Source of the DNA: Balanoglossus misakiensis
Taxonomy: Eukaryota; Animalia; Hemichordata
NCBI GenBank assembly: GCA_040954595.2
Contig: CM082595.2
Location: forward strand, 8,290,317 to 8,354,316
Direction: 5' to 3'
Length of the DNA stretch: 64,000 bases
The notes under the pieces were generated by a model. That model was not told where the DNA came from, searched no databases, and worked only from the letters and a program-made list of their open reading frames with translations. Made by a program: the position numbers and the translations under genes. This document shows, in pieces, positions 37,794-50,630 of this stretch. Within the stretch, counting starts at the first letter, position 1. The number at the start of each line of letters is the position of its first letter.

Positions 37794-37862
37794 GACACTG
37801 GTGGGATTCAAACCAACGCCATCGAAATGACTGCAGGTGCCTAAAACCCCTTGACTGTAGGA
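37794..37862 (-). mobile_element. degenerate tRNA-derived (Leu-like) SINE head
   Basis: Minus strand reads ggcgttggtttgaatcccaccagtgtca, a B-box-like tRNA 3' half. Copies at ~42115-42180 and ~53550-53615. No complete cloverleaf. Confidence 0.4.
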
Positions 37863-38874
37863 CACAAATGCCTGACAGTGATATAACTATGTTATAATGT
37901 TACATCGACAATACATACGTTTGGGGATATGTTGTCTCAAATGATCAAATTGAGACAAATTATCCCCATCTTGTTATAAATCTGAGCCCAGGTGTCTTTG
38001 GTGTGAGATTCCAGTAGTCAAGAGTAGGCTTACCTTGAATAATGTAATGCTTGTAAATTATTTCGAATTTCTTCTTACCCTCCAGATATGAATGTCACAG
38101 TGGTGGAAATGCGTGCCAACACTATTGTCAGAATACCCATGGTAGTTATCTCTGCGCTTGCAGACAAGGCTTCAATGTGCTGGAGGATGGCCATGCATGT
38201 GCAGGTATGTAACTGTGGATATTGATCTCTTCTGTGGCTACACTGTTTGGGGATTGTATATTGCTATGGTTACAATCAGCTAAACTCACATCCTGTCAGT
38301 CCATTGCACACATTTTAAAATTTGAAATCAACCGCACACTCGTACTGAACACATGTTTGTTGAAATTGTATCTCAGAATTTTTCCATTTATAATTATGCA
38401 TAATATAAACAAATTAACAAATGTGAAAACTTATCTTTGAAAATTTGTTTGCAAGGGTGAAAAAGTAATCTGTTGTTTTAAAAATCAGACAAAGTTTTGC
38501 TGACAGGGTACACGAGTTTCAGGGGATTTTGTTAAAATGAGAATGATAGAGAGTGTTAAAATTCCTAGATTCTGAGATTGCCATGGATATTGAGGACTTT
38601 GACGTAAAAACAATTAATTGATCAAGAAATATGTGGTTAAGTATATGTGTGATCAACCTCACACTATACTATATGACTGTCTGATATATTTATGCACAAG
38701 TACAATGTATTTTCACTACTTATATGCATAACTCAATCAAATTAACATAATTTATCGACCTATAGCTAAATAAATTACCACAGCAAAGAATAAATATACA
38801 CTTAGAAAATTCATATAGTTTTCATCTCATTTTAAAGAAATTATAAATGCTTCTCCGAGGGGTACAATAATTTT

Positions 38875-39401
38875 TAGGGTAAGCCTAATTCAAGATTCAC
38901 GTTTCAAGATTCACGTTTCATGTTCCACAGCCCAAGATTCATATTCTGATTCAGATTCCAGTCTTGTCTAATATGTTTATGCTGCCGTAACCAGGGGTGT
39001 GAACGATTGTTTATTGTCCTCGATCCCCGCCCAAGCAAGGTTCCCCAAATATTGAAATTTACAGAAGGCATTGTTCTCTGCTGTTTTAGAGCTGTGAGTT
39101 AACTGCGTAGAGCTGCCGTTTGTCTACACAATGTTCTAAAAAAGCTGTCAAAGAGAATTTGGTCTGCTGCCAACAAATGACACCTCAGAACAACCATTGC
39201 AGACCTGCAGATGAGCTGTGGATAGCTGACACAGCTCTAAATCAGAGCTGCAGCAGCTCTCTGCAGATCTGCAGGTTTGGTAAGGGATGTAGATGGTGAA
39301 AGGACGTGACAAGACTCGAATCTGAATCAGAATATGAATCTTGGGCTGTGGAACGTGAAACGTGAAACTTGAAACGTGAATCTTGAATTAGGCTTACCCT
39401 A
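38875..39401. mobile_element. MITE with ~93-bp TIRs (TAGGG…CCCTA, hAT-like); second copy 43202-43728
   Basis: tagggtaagcctaattcaagattcacgtttc… mirrored at 39308-39401 and flanked by atttt on both sides. Only the right part survives in copy 1 (~34656-35008). Confidence 0.8.
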
Positions 39402-42400
39402 ATTTTTAATGGGTATATTCTTGATAACTCATCACCATGAATGATCATTTCAAAACTTAACAAGGCATATGGCTAAAGAGGATTCAGTGTTTGTGCACCT
39501 TCTATCTGCAATGCTGGATCTATTGACAGTTTTCAAAGGGGTTTAAAGACTCGTCTTTTTATTCAGTACTTTCTATTTCATTCCATTGCTTTTTTGGTTA
39601 ATAGGGACTGTCTTTCAGAACTCTTTGGTTTGTTTCGTGTTTTTAAGTGTAATTTATTATCCTTTAAGCTTTCACTTGTTTTCTAATTTTATTATTTTCT
39701 GTAGAAAATGCACTGAGATGTATGTGTATTATGTTTGTCAGGAAATAAATAATAATAAAATTAAAAATAATAAACTGTCTTTGATTTCAGATGTCAATGA
39801 ATGTATGGAGAGAGCAGATCTTTGTGAAGGCCAGTGTGTGAATACAGCAGGCTCTTTTTATTGCACTTGTGTTGTGGGATATTGATTGGTCAATTGAGAG
39901 TGTACAGGTAAGACCAGCACAATATGTGGGCAACGAAAGGTCCTGTATCTGTAACTTTTGAATTTTTATTCAATATTATTCTGGGTGTCACCCATCATTT
40001 CTTGTTCAGCTCGGTGAAGCTAGGTAAGCAATGTTGTTATTGTTTAAACATTGTATTCAAGCCTGGGTCTGGACTTGGATGCAATTTGTCAATAATAACA
40101 GTGATTGGTAACTGCATGTTTACATAACTGGCTAACTGTTAAAAAGACCAGCTGTTCTATTTGGTGTGTGTACAGTACACATGCCATTGGCAGCTTATGG
40201 CTCAGTCAGTGTTTGCCTGTTGATTTCTCTATGTGTGTGTGTCTGTCTGTCTGTCTGTATATGTACTCCGGTGTAGACTTTTTTATTGTGTTATCCCTGA
40301 ATGGGACCACTGTGTCCTTAACGCGATGTTTTACACTCAGCAGCGATATTTTGTCTAACACGAGTCAAAATATCCCCAACTCGTCTGAGAAATCTTATCC
40401 CAGGTCCTAAGGTTGTGAGACTAATAGAATCTCACACTCCCAAGGACTTGGGATCATATTTCTCACATGTGTTGAGGATTTTCTGTCCCAAACAAGCTGC
40501 AGGCGAATGTGGGACAAGATATCCCCGACGAGTGTGAGAAATACGATCCCAGGTCCTTGGTGTGTGAGATTATTTTTCTCACACGGTCACAAATTAGCCA
40601 AATTCGTTAAATAAATGACTCTTGAACTGTCATCTGGTACATTGTAGATTCAGTATCGCGTCATTGGATAACATTTAGCACATGTTGTTAAAGAACTCTT
40701 TGTCATCCAATCAGCGCTCGCATCATATACAGCTCTCGATTCAGTGAGAATGTGGGATTGATTTGTTCTCACACTCTGATCCAACACTCTCAGCATGCCA
40801 GGAGTGTGAGAATCTATTACGAGTTTGAAATCTTAGGTGAAGAGTTTATCAATTTCACTGCCAACCCTGTAGGGCATTCTGGGATATGTGTTCATGCCAA
40901 AGCACAAACAGCCATGACCTGACAGCTCAGTTTGTAGATCATTTCTACAAATCCACAAAGAGACTCAAAGTTTAGAAATGTTGTGTCGGTTAGAAATATT
41001 AGACGTATCACTGTTAATACTTTATTTCAAAGCCATGTGAATTTGTTCACATTAGGGAAATTTTTTAAAGGAAGGGAGGATTGGTATTGACTTGAATAAT
41101 TACAATGGATGTATTGTCCACCTCTATATAGTGCCCACTTTATTCTAGTCCCTGTGTAATTTATATCTACATTAATTGACTTTTCTACCAGGTATGATGG
41201 CCACCTGTCTATAAAGGCCAGTTTAGGAAAGTCCCTTTACTAGCCATAATGGACAGGTTTGACTGCACTTGTGTTGATTTCTGTCTGTAATACGTGTAAC
41301 ACAATCATAAAATTTTTCATAAAGAGGGCACACTTCCAAAATAAGGTGTCATCTCCAAGCAGACAATGTGAAAAAGGAGGCCAGTTGGTTACTGTTGGAG
41401 TACTGCTCGAGCTCATCTACTTTGTTGTATACATGATACAAGTTGCGTGTAAAACTGACCTTACAATAAAATGTGGCTGTGGAAAGTCTGTCCCAACTAT
41501 AGTGTTGATACACAAGACAAAGTTTTTACTCTTTGACCAACTGGCCTCATGTTTGCGTCTTGGAAGGGCACCCTCTTTATGAAAAAGGCATATGATATCA
41601 CTACAAGGAATAAATTAACATGATAGAACATTGCTGATTAATGTCATAGATCATGATAACATGAATGCATAGCAATGTTTTGGTACAATTTGGTACATAA
41701 AGAAATGGACTACTGTGACAGTATTGACTCTGGGCACTACGTAGATGATTCCCAGCCTCAAAATTCTGACTTGCTTCACCGTTGGAAGAAGTCAGTTTTC
41801 AGGTTAACATGTATATTTGTACAGAGTGTGGCATTAGTGAGTGGTTGCATCACATCAATGCATGATAAAAGGTCATCACTGTGTAAGACTCAGAAATAGA
41901 ATTTGAATACAAATCCTATTAAACAAAATATTCTAAAATTTACATGTTATTTTAACACCTGTTTACTCCTATAAAAGTGAGTGCACGTGTTTTCGAGGTC
42001 TCTTCAATTCAGAAGCCACTGTGTAGGCCTTAGTTGGTGCATGCAGCTCGTAGACTTAGAAATTAAGTTTGGTTCAACTCAAACGCTTCAAGTCCAGTTG
42101 ACCATCTCACACTTCTGACACTGGTGGGATTCAAACCAACTTCATCGAAATGACTGCAGGTGCCTAAAACCCCTTGACTGTAGGACACAAATGCCTGACA
42201 GTGATATAACTATGTTATAATGTTACATCGACAATACATACGTTTGGGGATATGTTGTCTCAAATGATCAAATTGAGACAAATTATCCCCATCTTGTTAT
42301 AAATCTGAGCCCAGGTGTCTTTGGTGTGAGATTCCAGTAGTCAAGAGTAGGCTTACCTTGAATAATGTAATGCTTGTAAATTATTTCGAATTTCTTCTTA

Positions 42401-44741
42401 CCCTCCAGATATGAATAAATGTCACAGTTGTGGAAATGCGTGTCAACACTATTGTCAGAATACCCATGGTAGTTATCTCTGCGCTTGCAGACAAGGCTTC
42501 AATGTGCTGGAGGATGGCCATGCATGTGCAGGTATGTAACTGTGGATATTGATCTCTTCTGTGGCTACACTGTTTGGGGATTGTATATTGCTATGGTTAC
42601 AATCAGCTAAACTCACATCCTGTCAGTCCATTGCACACATTTTAAAATTTGAAATCAACCGCACACTCGTACTGAACACATGTTTGTTGAAATTGTATCT
42701 CAGAATTTTTCCATTTATAATTATGCATAATATAAACAAATTAACAAATGTGAAAACTTATCTTTGAAAATTTGTTTGCAAGGGTGAAAAAGTAATCTGT
42801 TGTTTTAAAAATCAGACAAAGTTTTGCTGACAGGGTACACGAGTTTCAGGGGATTTTGTTAAAAAGAGAATGATAGAGAGTGTTAAAATTCCTAGATTCT
42901 GAGATTGCCATGGATATTGAGGACTTTGACGTAAAAACAATTAATTGATCAAGAAATATGTGGTTAAGTATATGTGTGATCAACCTCACACTATACTATA
43001 AGACTGTCTGATATATTTATGCACAAGTACAATGTATTTTCACTACTTATATGCATAACTCAATCAAATTAACATAATTTATCGACCTATAGCTAAATAA
43101 ATTACCACAGCAAAGAATAAATATACACTTAGAAAATTCATATAGTTTTCATCTCATTTTAAAGAAATTATAAATGCTTCTCCGAGGGGTACAATAATTT
43201 TTAGGGTAAGCCTAATTCAAGATTCACGTTTCAAGATTCACGTTTCATGTTCCACAGCCCAAGATGCATATTCTGATTCAGATTCCAGTCTTGTCTAATA
43301 TGTTTATGCTGCCGTAACCAGGGGTGTGAACGATTGTTTATTGTCCTCGATCCCCGCCCAAGCAAGGTTCCCCAAATATTGAAATTTACAGAAGGCATTG
43401 TTCCCTGCTGTTTTAGAGCTGTGAGTTAACTGCGTAGAGCTGCCGTTTGTCTACACAATGTTCTAAAAAAGCTGTCAAAGAGAATTTGGTCTGCTGCTAA
43501 CAAATGACAGCTCAGAACAACCATTGCAGACCTGCAGATGAGCTGTGGATAGCTGACACAGCTCTAAATCAGAGCTGCAGCAGCTCTCTGCAGATCTGCA
43601 GGTTTGGTAAGGGATGTAGATGGTGAAAGGACGTGACAAGACTCGAATCTGAATCAGAATATGAATCTTGGGCTGTGGAACGTGAAACGTGAAACTTGAA
43701 ACGTGAATCTTGAATTAGGCTTACCCTAATTTTTAATGGGTATATTCTTAATAACTCATCACCATGAATGATCATTTCAAAACTTAACAAGGCATATGGC
43801 TAAAGAGGATTCAGTGTTTGTGCACCTTCTATCTGCAATGCTGGATCTATTGACAGTTTTCAAAGGGGTTTAAAGACTCGTCTTTTTATTCAGTACTTTC
43901 TATTTCATTCCATTGCTTTTTTGGTTAATAGGGACTGTCTTTCAGAACTCTTTGGTTTGTTTCGTGTTTTTAAGTGTAATTTATTATCCTTTAAGCTTTC
44001 ACTTGTTTTCTAATTTTATTATTTTCTGTAGAAAATGCGCTGAGATGTATGTGTATTATGTTTGTCAGGAAATAAATAATAATAAAATTAAAAATAATAA
44101 ACTATCTTTGATTTCAGATGTCAATGAATGTATGGAGAGAGCAGATCTTTGTGAAGGCCAGTGTGTGAATACAGCAGGCTCTTTTTATTGCACTTGTGTT
44201 GTGGGATATTGATTGGTCAATTGAGAGTGTACAGGTAAGACCAGCACAATATGTGGGCAACGAAAGGTCCTGTATCTGTAACTTTTGAATTTCTATGGCA
44301 TAAATACCATACCTTTGATCCAACCTATAGCCTAATATATCTCGCCTTCTAACGACCGCTGAGATAAAAAACTTTCCCCTGATTACGTCATACTCACCGA
44401 TTACATATACCACCTGTCCAGCCGTGAATATTCAGTATTATTATCTCAGCACGAGACAGCGGACATCTTCTCTCTTGAGGTGTTGGATTTTTGTCAAGAA
44501 GTGCTCAGCCCTTCGACCATTGCTGCTTTTCGCCTGAGGTTTTTCGATTGGGGAAGTAGATAAGTAACGACTTATTTTCTAAACTGCTTGCTTGTGTTAT
44601 TTTGGCACTTGCAAAGTTTGTTTTTCGGATTTTTCCCACACGTGTACGGGTCAGTGTGTAGGGCTTCTGCGGTATTGTCTTTTCATATAGCCTTCAGAAG
44701 CCATTTTTGCCCGTGCATTTTTTCGTGTTTTCACTGGAACC

Positions 44742-46494
44742 ATGACGGAGAGAGTTTCTGACACCGCGTCGCGGTCGTCTTCTCGTACTCCTTCGGAAAT
44801 AGAAGACTCTCAACTGCCTATTCCGGGTCAAGCTTTCCATTCAGCGCACTCTGAAGAGCCTGATTTTTTTTTCTGAGTTAGCTAGGGGGTCATCCCAAGA
44901 TGGCGGCCATGCTTCTGCTAGGGCTTCGCTCGCTTCGAAGCGATCCAAGTTGGATTCATCAGCTGCTAGGACGGTTGCAGAAACTCCTGTTTTGCCGGTT
45001 TCTTCCTTTTTGGATGCAGCAGTTCCGGGTCCGTCTCATTTGGGAGGTGTTTCATCGGCGCAAACTGTTCAGTCAGGTGTTTGGCCGAATTATGCAGGTA
45101 TGTCTTCTAGGTATTTTCATACGGTTCCTACCTCCGTCTTGGCTAATCCAGTGCCTTCGACGTCCATAGGTAGTGCCGGTAGTGTGTGGGGAGGGCTTCA
45201 CGGCCCACCCCCTATGTGTGTACCAGACCAATTAGCTTCGGGAGTCGCTCAGGCTGGTGGGAATTTTCCCCCTCCGGGCTTCCAACAGTCGTGGGGTTTC
45301 CCATGGACTTGTCCTCCCTCTAATTTGGCGGCACCACTTCAGTCCACAAGCTGGGGTATGCCTGCTCAAGCTAATCGGGTCTCTGTGTTGGGCCAAAATC
45401 CTGTGCACAGTGGTCACACTGTCCCTGCCCCTCCTATTTCCTCCTTCGATGTTTCACAATCGGAGTCAGAGGGGCATGATGAGGACGAAGACAATTTGTC
45501 CGATCAAGAGGAAACTAGTCGCGCCAGTCAATGGGCTGACGCGGTTATGCTAGTGTATAATACTGTACCCCCTGAGGAATGTCCCCCACCCACTGCTGAA
45601 GTGTCGGCAGAACAGCTGACGGCTTCTTTTGAACATGTGTTGGGTAAGGCAGCTGATCCGGTACACCGAAAGCTACCTTTTATTCCTCGTCTGTCGTCTC
45701 TGATAGACACGGTACATGCCGAGATTAACGGCACCAGGGACTTTTGTTACACTGCTAACAAGAAACCTCGTTGTTACCCTCAAGGGATGTCAAGTCATGT
45801 TTTCCCATTGGTGTCTAGACCTCAGGGTAGTCGCGTGTTTGATCTTACACGTGGACCATTCTACCACTCTGCACCAGCGGTTGATTAATCCGCAAAGCAG
45901 TTGGTAAGAAATAAAGAGGTTTTGAGGAATTATGTGATTAGGGCTGAGGATTTTGCCCGCTTAGAGGCAACTACTCGTCTTTTCGCAAGGATCTCTAATT
46001 GCACTTTTCTGTTACTCTCAGCTTTAAGCAGAGAGCTTAAACCCATGCAGGAGGGTGAATCTACTCCTCAGATAGCAGAAAATTGGCAGCATGCCAAATT
46101 GTTGTTAACTGAAGCTGCTAAGGCTGTGGTTTATCAAGCAGAATTGAATTCTCGTATGGCAGCGTCTCAAGTGTTGATGACGCGTGACCATCTTATCAGT
46201 CATCTTCCTTTGGAAAGGGAGGCAGCTCGTACTGCCCGTCTTCTCCCATGGTCAGGTCCATTGGTTTTTAATGGGCAATTTGATGCTGTTCTTAGAACAA
46301 ATGAGGAGTTGCTTAAGCAGAAGTTGGCTGTAGAACAGTTAGCAGTAGCACAAGCTCAGTCTTCTGTCTCTGGGTCAAAGTTCACCGGCAAACGGAAGTT
46401 TGCTAGGAAGAGACCATTTAACAAGCAAAGGAAGGGTCAGCCCTTTCGTCAGCAGACTAAGCCCCCCAAAGTGGCTAGCAGCCAGCACAAGTGA
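44742..46494 (+). pseudogene. DIRS ORF1 (gag-like), one frameshift in a T run (~44870) and one in-frame TAA (45886)
   Basis: The ATG at 44742 joins ORF 44950-45888 if one T is removed. ORF 45901-46494 is in the same frame after the stop and has the RDHLI…LLPWSGPLVFNGQF motif. Confidence 0.75.
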
Positions 46495-48589
46495 CTACAC
46501 AAGTCAGGACAAAGGGGTAATGGGGTCACAATCTGTGACTATGCCCCAGACACCATTGCCACAAGTAGCAGTTGGGGGTCGTCTGAAACATTTTGTCCAG
46601 GAATGGCAGAAAATTACAGACGACCAAACAGTCCTCTCTTTAGTTTCGGAAGGGGTTCGTCTGTTCTTCAGGACGTTTCCACCCCTTTCGTTGTATCCTC
46701 CAAGTCATTTGGTATCGCACCCTTCCCCTCCTATGTGGAGGGCCATACAGGGGCTGTTGGAAAAAGGGGCCATTCAAAAGGTCCCTTTACCAGTTCAGGA
46801 TACGGGGTTTTTCAGTCGTGTTTTCCTTATTCCAAAGAAATCACAGGGATGGAGACCCATTTTGGACCTGAGCGTGCTCAATCAGTACATTATAATCGAG
46901 TCTTTCCGTATGGAAACCACTCGAACTATTCGTCAGGCTCTCTCCACGGGAGATTGGGCAACGACGATAGACTTGCAGGACGCTTATTTCCACATTCCTA
47001 TCCATGCTCACTTCCAGAGGTACTTTCGCTTTGCGATAGGGAGCAAACTGTTCCAGTTTGTGGCTCTTCCGTTCGGTTTGGCCACTGCCCCGGCTATTTT
47101 TACACGGGTAGTAGGGGCGTTGATGGCTTTTCTTCATTCCCGAGCAGTACAAGCCAATCCATACCTGGACGACTGGTTGCTACACAATTCCAGTTTCCAG
47201 TTGACACTGGCAGACACACAAACCACACTACGGGAGGCCGTTCGTGTGGGGTTCATTCCGAGCACAGACAAGTCTTGTCTAATCCCCTCACAGAGGATCC
47301 AGTTCATTGGCATGGTCATGGATCTGTCCAAGGGTTTAGTTTTCCCTACGGAGGAAAACCTGTTGAAATTAGAACAACAAGTGCATCGGATCAGTTCAGA
47401 GTCCATGGTCCAAGCAAGCACATTGCTCAGCATCCTGGGTCGCATGAACTTTCTAGCCGAGGCAATACCTTTAGGCAGACTACATATGACGCCAATTCAA
47501 CTGTTCCTGTTGGCTCATTGGAGGCCGGTATCCGGTCAGTTGACAGACCTTATTCAGGTATAGCCACCTCTAGTTTCACACCTGCAATGGTGGCTAGACA
47601 GGGGGAATTCTCTCGAGGGAAATCTCCTAGTATCCCCGTTGGCGACGGTGTCACTGTTTGTGGACGCATCTCTCCAAGGATGGGGTGCACACTTGGGAGA
47701 CAGGACAATTTCAGGGATATGGTCAGTCGACCAGTCAGTGCGGCACATAAATTGGTTGGAAATGAAGGCAGTACAGTATGCACTTCTCCACTTTCACCAA
47801 GACATTTGCGGCAAGGTGATTCTGATCAGGTCAGACAACACCACAGTAGTCGCATTTATAAATCACCAGGGCGGCACCAGATCACCCAGCCTGTGTTATC
47901 TGGTATGGGACATGCTGAATTGGTGCCAGGCGAACAGCATCACGCTGAAAGCACTCCACGTTCAGGGCACAAGCAACATTCTGGCAGATGCTCTATCACG
48001 GGACAAGTTCTATCCACTAGAGTGCGCTCTACGGCAACCGCTAGTAGAGCAGATTTGTCTGATTTGGGACAGGCCCCACGTAGACCTATTTGCGACAGCC
48101 AAGAATCGCAAGTTCCCGATTTACACGTCACTAAGGTCGGAACCACAAGCACTAGCATGCGACGCTCTGTCAATCAGCTGGAAGGGAATGTTGGCATATG
48201 CATTTCCCCCACTACCGTTGATCTCCAGGGTAATTTCCAAGGTAGCACACGAAGAATGCGAAATACTTCTAGTTGCACCACTATGGCCAACACGTCCTTG
48301 GTTTCCAAGACTACTCCAGTTACTGGTGGACTGTCCACTGACATTACCACAGAATTGCATGGAGGAGACTGTTCGGCTGCCTCCGGTAGCACAACACCTT
48401 CACCTCCACGCTTGGAGACTATCAAGCTCAGTTTGCAGGCAAGAGGCTTTTCTGCAGAAGCTGCCTCGCGCATCGCACAACACCGACGAGCATCCACCAC
48501 GGCAGCATATGATTCAAAGTGGTGTTCCTTTCGTCATTGGTGTGAGAAAAGGTCGATTGATTTTCTCAGACCCACGCCTCCTCAGCTAG
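46400..48589 (+). pseudogene. DIRS RT-RNase H-N6-adenine methyltransferase-like ORF with a single in-frame TAG (47561-47563)
   Basis: VGGRL, WRPILDL, DLQDAYFH, LPFGL, YLDD; VDASLQGWG, HINWLE, SDN, ADALSR; VDLFAT and YAFPP. ORFs 46400-47563 and 47639-48589 share a frame. Confidence 0.92.
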
Positions 48590-49479
48590 CAGATTTTTTC
48601 CTCTACTTGTTTAAGGAGAAAAAGACAGCAGTGAGCACTATTAAGGCGTACCGTTCAGCTATAGGTAACACACTTCGATTGTTGGGTGAGGAAGTTACTA
48701 CCCTGGACGGGTCTATTTCTGCTTTGATTAGTAATTTCTCTTTGGCGCGACCAGTTGTAAAGTCACTGGTTCCCCAGTGGAGTTTATCTTTGGTTCTACA
48801 TGCTTTATTAGGAGCTCCATTTGAACCTTTGCAAACAGCAGAGATGAAGTTCTTGACGTACAAGACTGTTTTTCTTTTGGCATTAGCTACGGCAGGTCGC
48901 CGTAGTGAGCTTCATGCCCTGTCTATGGCTTCAGCTCATATTCGTTGGTCAGCAGACAGTGTCACTTTGCTTACTGACCCAGCTTTCTTGGCAAAGAATC
49001 GGATTGCGGATCTGCCACAATCGCCTCTGATTATTCCGAAACTGACGAAGTTAGTCGGTCAGCGTTCAGAGGATAGGTTGCTCTGTCCTATCAGAGCACT
49101 GAAGTATTATTTGCAGAGAACAAAAGACAGGAGGGGAGAGCAGACAAGACTGTTTATCTCCATTAGGGTTACACCCAGTATGTCTATTTCACAGTCGACT
49201 ATTTCCAGATGGATCGTCGAGACTATTAAGTTTGCTTATTCTAGCCCTTCAGAAGAAGCAATTAGCTGGGCTAAGGTGTCAGCTCATGAAGTCAGAGCTC
49301 TTGCTGCTTCATGGTCACTTTTTTCAGGGACTTCCATGGCTGATTTATTGTCTGCAGTCCAGTGGAGATCACAGACTACTTTTTCCTCTGCTTATCTGCG
49401 AGATATGGCAGCGGAAGCAGATGGCTTATTTTCCTTGGGTCCTATCTGTGTAGCTCAAAGAGTAGCTCACAGTAAGTAA
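46603..49479 (+). CDS. DIRS tyrosine recombinase ORF (958 aa open frame; YR fold in the last ~350 aa)
   Basis: STIKAYRSAI, KTVFLLALATAGRRSELHAL, FLAKN, LCPIRAL, AHEVRALAASW, WRSQTTFSSAYLRD. True start unknown. Confidence 0.9.
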   Translation: MAENYRRPNSPLFSFGRGSSVLQDVSTPFVVSSKSFGIAPFPSYVEGHTGAVGKRGHSKGPFTSSGYGVFQSCFPYSKEITGMETHFGPERAQSVHYNRVFPYGNHSNYSSGSLHGRLGNDDRLAGRLFPHSYPCSLPEVLSLCDREQTVPVCGSSVRFGHCPGYFYTGSRGVDGFSSFPSSTSQSIPGRLVATQFQFPVDTGRHTNHTTGGRSCGVHSEHRQVLSNPLTEDPVHWHGHGSVQGFSFPYGGKPVEIRTTSASDQFRVHGPSKHIAQHPGSHELSSRGNTFRQTTYDANSTVPVGSLEAGIRSVDRPYSGIATSSFTPAMVARQGEFSRGKSPSIPVGDGVTVCGRISPRMGCTLGRQDNFRDMVSRPVSAAHKLVGNEGSTVCTSPLSPRHLRQGDSDQVRQHHSSRIYKSPGRHQITQPVLSGMGHAELVPGEQHHAESTPRSGHKQHSGRCSITGQVLSTRVRSTATASRADLSDLGQAPRRPICDSQESQVPDLHVTKVGTTSTSMRRSVNQLEGNVGICISPTTVDLQGNFQGSTRRMRNTSSCTTMANTSLVSKTTPVTGGLSTDITTELHGGDCSAASGSTTPSPPRLETIKLSLQARGFSAEAASRIAQHRRASTTAAYDSKWCSFRHWCEKRSIDFLRPTPPQLADFFLYLFKEKKTAVSTIKAYRSAIGNTLRLLGEEVTTLDGSISALISNFSLARPVVKSLVPQWSLSLVLHALLGAPFEPLQTAEMKFLTYKTVFLLALATAGRRSELHALSMASAHIRWSADSVTLLTDPAFLAKNRIADLPQSPLIIPKLTKLVGQRSEDRLLCPIRALKYYLQRTKDRRGEQTRLFISIRVTPSMSISQSTISRWIVETIKFAYSSPSEEAISWAKVSAHEVRALAASWSLFSGTSMADLLSAVQWRSQTTFSSAYLRDMAAEADGLFSLGPICVAQRVAHSK

Positions 49480-50028
49480 TAGCCTGGTTCTTTCTGTTGG
49501 AATTTTGTTTTTTCGGTTCAAGTCCCACCGCCAGTTGTTCCTTGGGACTCTGTAGGCTATAGGTTGGATCAAAGGTATGGTATTTATGCCATAGAAACAA
49601 AACATTTTTTATTTTCGTTTCTGTTAGTAAATACTTACCTTTGATCCAACCAGATACCCACCCGCCTCCCCACACTTGACCTGTGACTGTTTTTCCATTA
49701 TTCATAAATTTTGGATGGGTCCTCAGTGCGTGGGCAGCATAGTTTCGGCCTGAGCAGTTATTTCTCGTGCTGAGCAATACTGAATATTCACGGCTGGACA
49801 GGTGGTATATGTACTCGGTGAGTATGACGTAATCAGGGGAAAGTTTTTTATCTCAGCGGTCGTTAGAGGGCGAGATATATTAGGCTATAGGTTGGATCAA
49901 AGGTAAGTATTTACTAACAGAAACGAAAATAGAAATTTTTTTGTTTTTATTCAATATTATTCTGGGTGTCACCCATCATTTCTTGTTCAGCTCGGTGAAG
50001 CTAGGTAAGCAATGTTGTTATTGTTTAA

Positions 50029-50630
50029 AGCCTCAGTATTTCTCGTAGGGGCAAAATTTTGTTTGAAACGGCATCTATAATTTCTAAAAGTAGATGATAA
50101 TTGATACTGAATCGAACAGTCATCATCCCCAGCTCTGCTCATAAACTCATACAATTTACAATATAACGAGTGAAGAATGACTTTCTGTCCGGACAGAAAG
50201 TCACGTGAGTCAGGCTCCTGTTGACACACGTGACTAGTGCGCATGCGCACTCCAATGTGAATCTATGCGGAAGAGGTTTGGTCGCCCCAAATCAAGCGAC
50301 TCAGCGAAGAAATGCGCACTAATTCGGCGAAATTTTGGGAAGATAACTTTATGGGAGAAATCAGTCGATGGAACCAGATCAAATCCGAAAATGGTCTGAC
50401 CATCAAATGTCAAAGTGGCACGTTTGCTGATCGACGTGTACAACATTTCCGTTGTAAACAAACCCGCGCATCATTTCAAGTGTTACGGAAAATATTTACA
50501 GCTTGCATGTAGCTACAGTTGCCCAAACCTTTCTTCTATCTTCATTATGTAGTATTCCATGATGAATGTACAGGAAAAACGGGCATTTTTCGATGATGAA
50601 AAATGGATACACACAAGAAATACTGGGGCT
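50029..50630. mobile_element. Kolobok-like MITE
   Basis: TTAA|agcctcagtatt…aatactggggct|TTAA. Empty site gtttaaacattg in the other copies. Confidence 0.85.

Larger units (their letters stand above)
33301..44234 (+). pseudogene. degenerate calcium-binding EGF exons: 33301-33419, 35398-35514, 38086-38204, 39791-39907, 42409-42531, 44118-44234
   Basis: AG/GT-bounded phase-1 exons (D.NEC…C.NT.GS..C.C..G). 4-bp deletions in the 33301 and 38086 copies; two TGA stops in each DVNECMER exon. Confidence 0.85.
44290..49946 (+). mobile_element. DIRS1-type tyrosine-recombinase retrotransposon, full length
   Basis: Left ITR 44290-44456, right ITR ~49763-49946, ICR ~49552-49651 complementary to both outer ends, TTT at both junctions. 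Contains gag, RT-RH-MT and YR ORFs. Empty site gaatttttattcaa in the other array copies. Confidence 0.96.

Noticed and set aside
37794-37862. Functional tRNA gene
   Set aside because: Only a degenerate B-box and 3' half; no A-box or cloverleaf could be built.
21093-49946. Prophage, integron or bacterial contamination
   Set aside because: The YRs are of eukaryotic Ngaro, DIRS and Crypton types and sit in spliceosomal introns among animal repeats.
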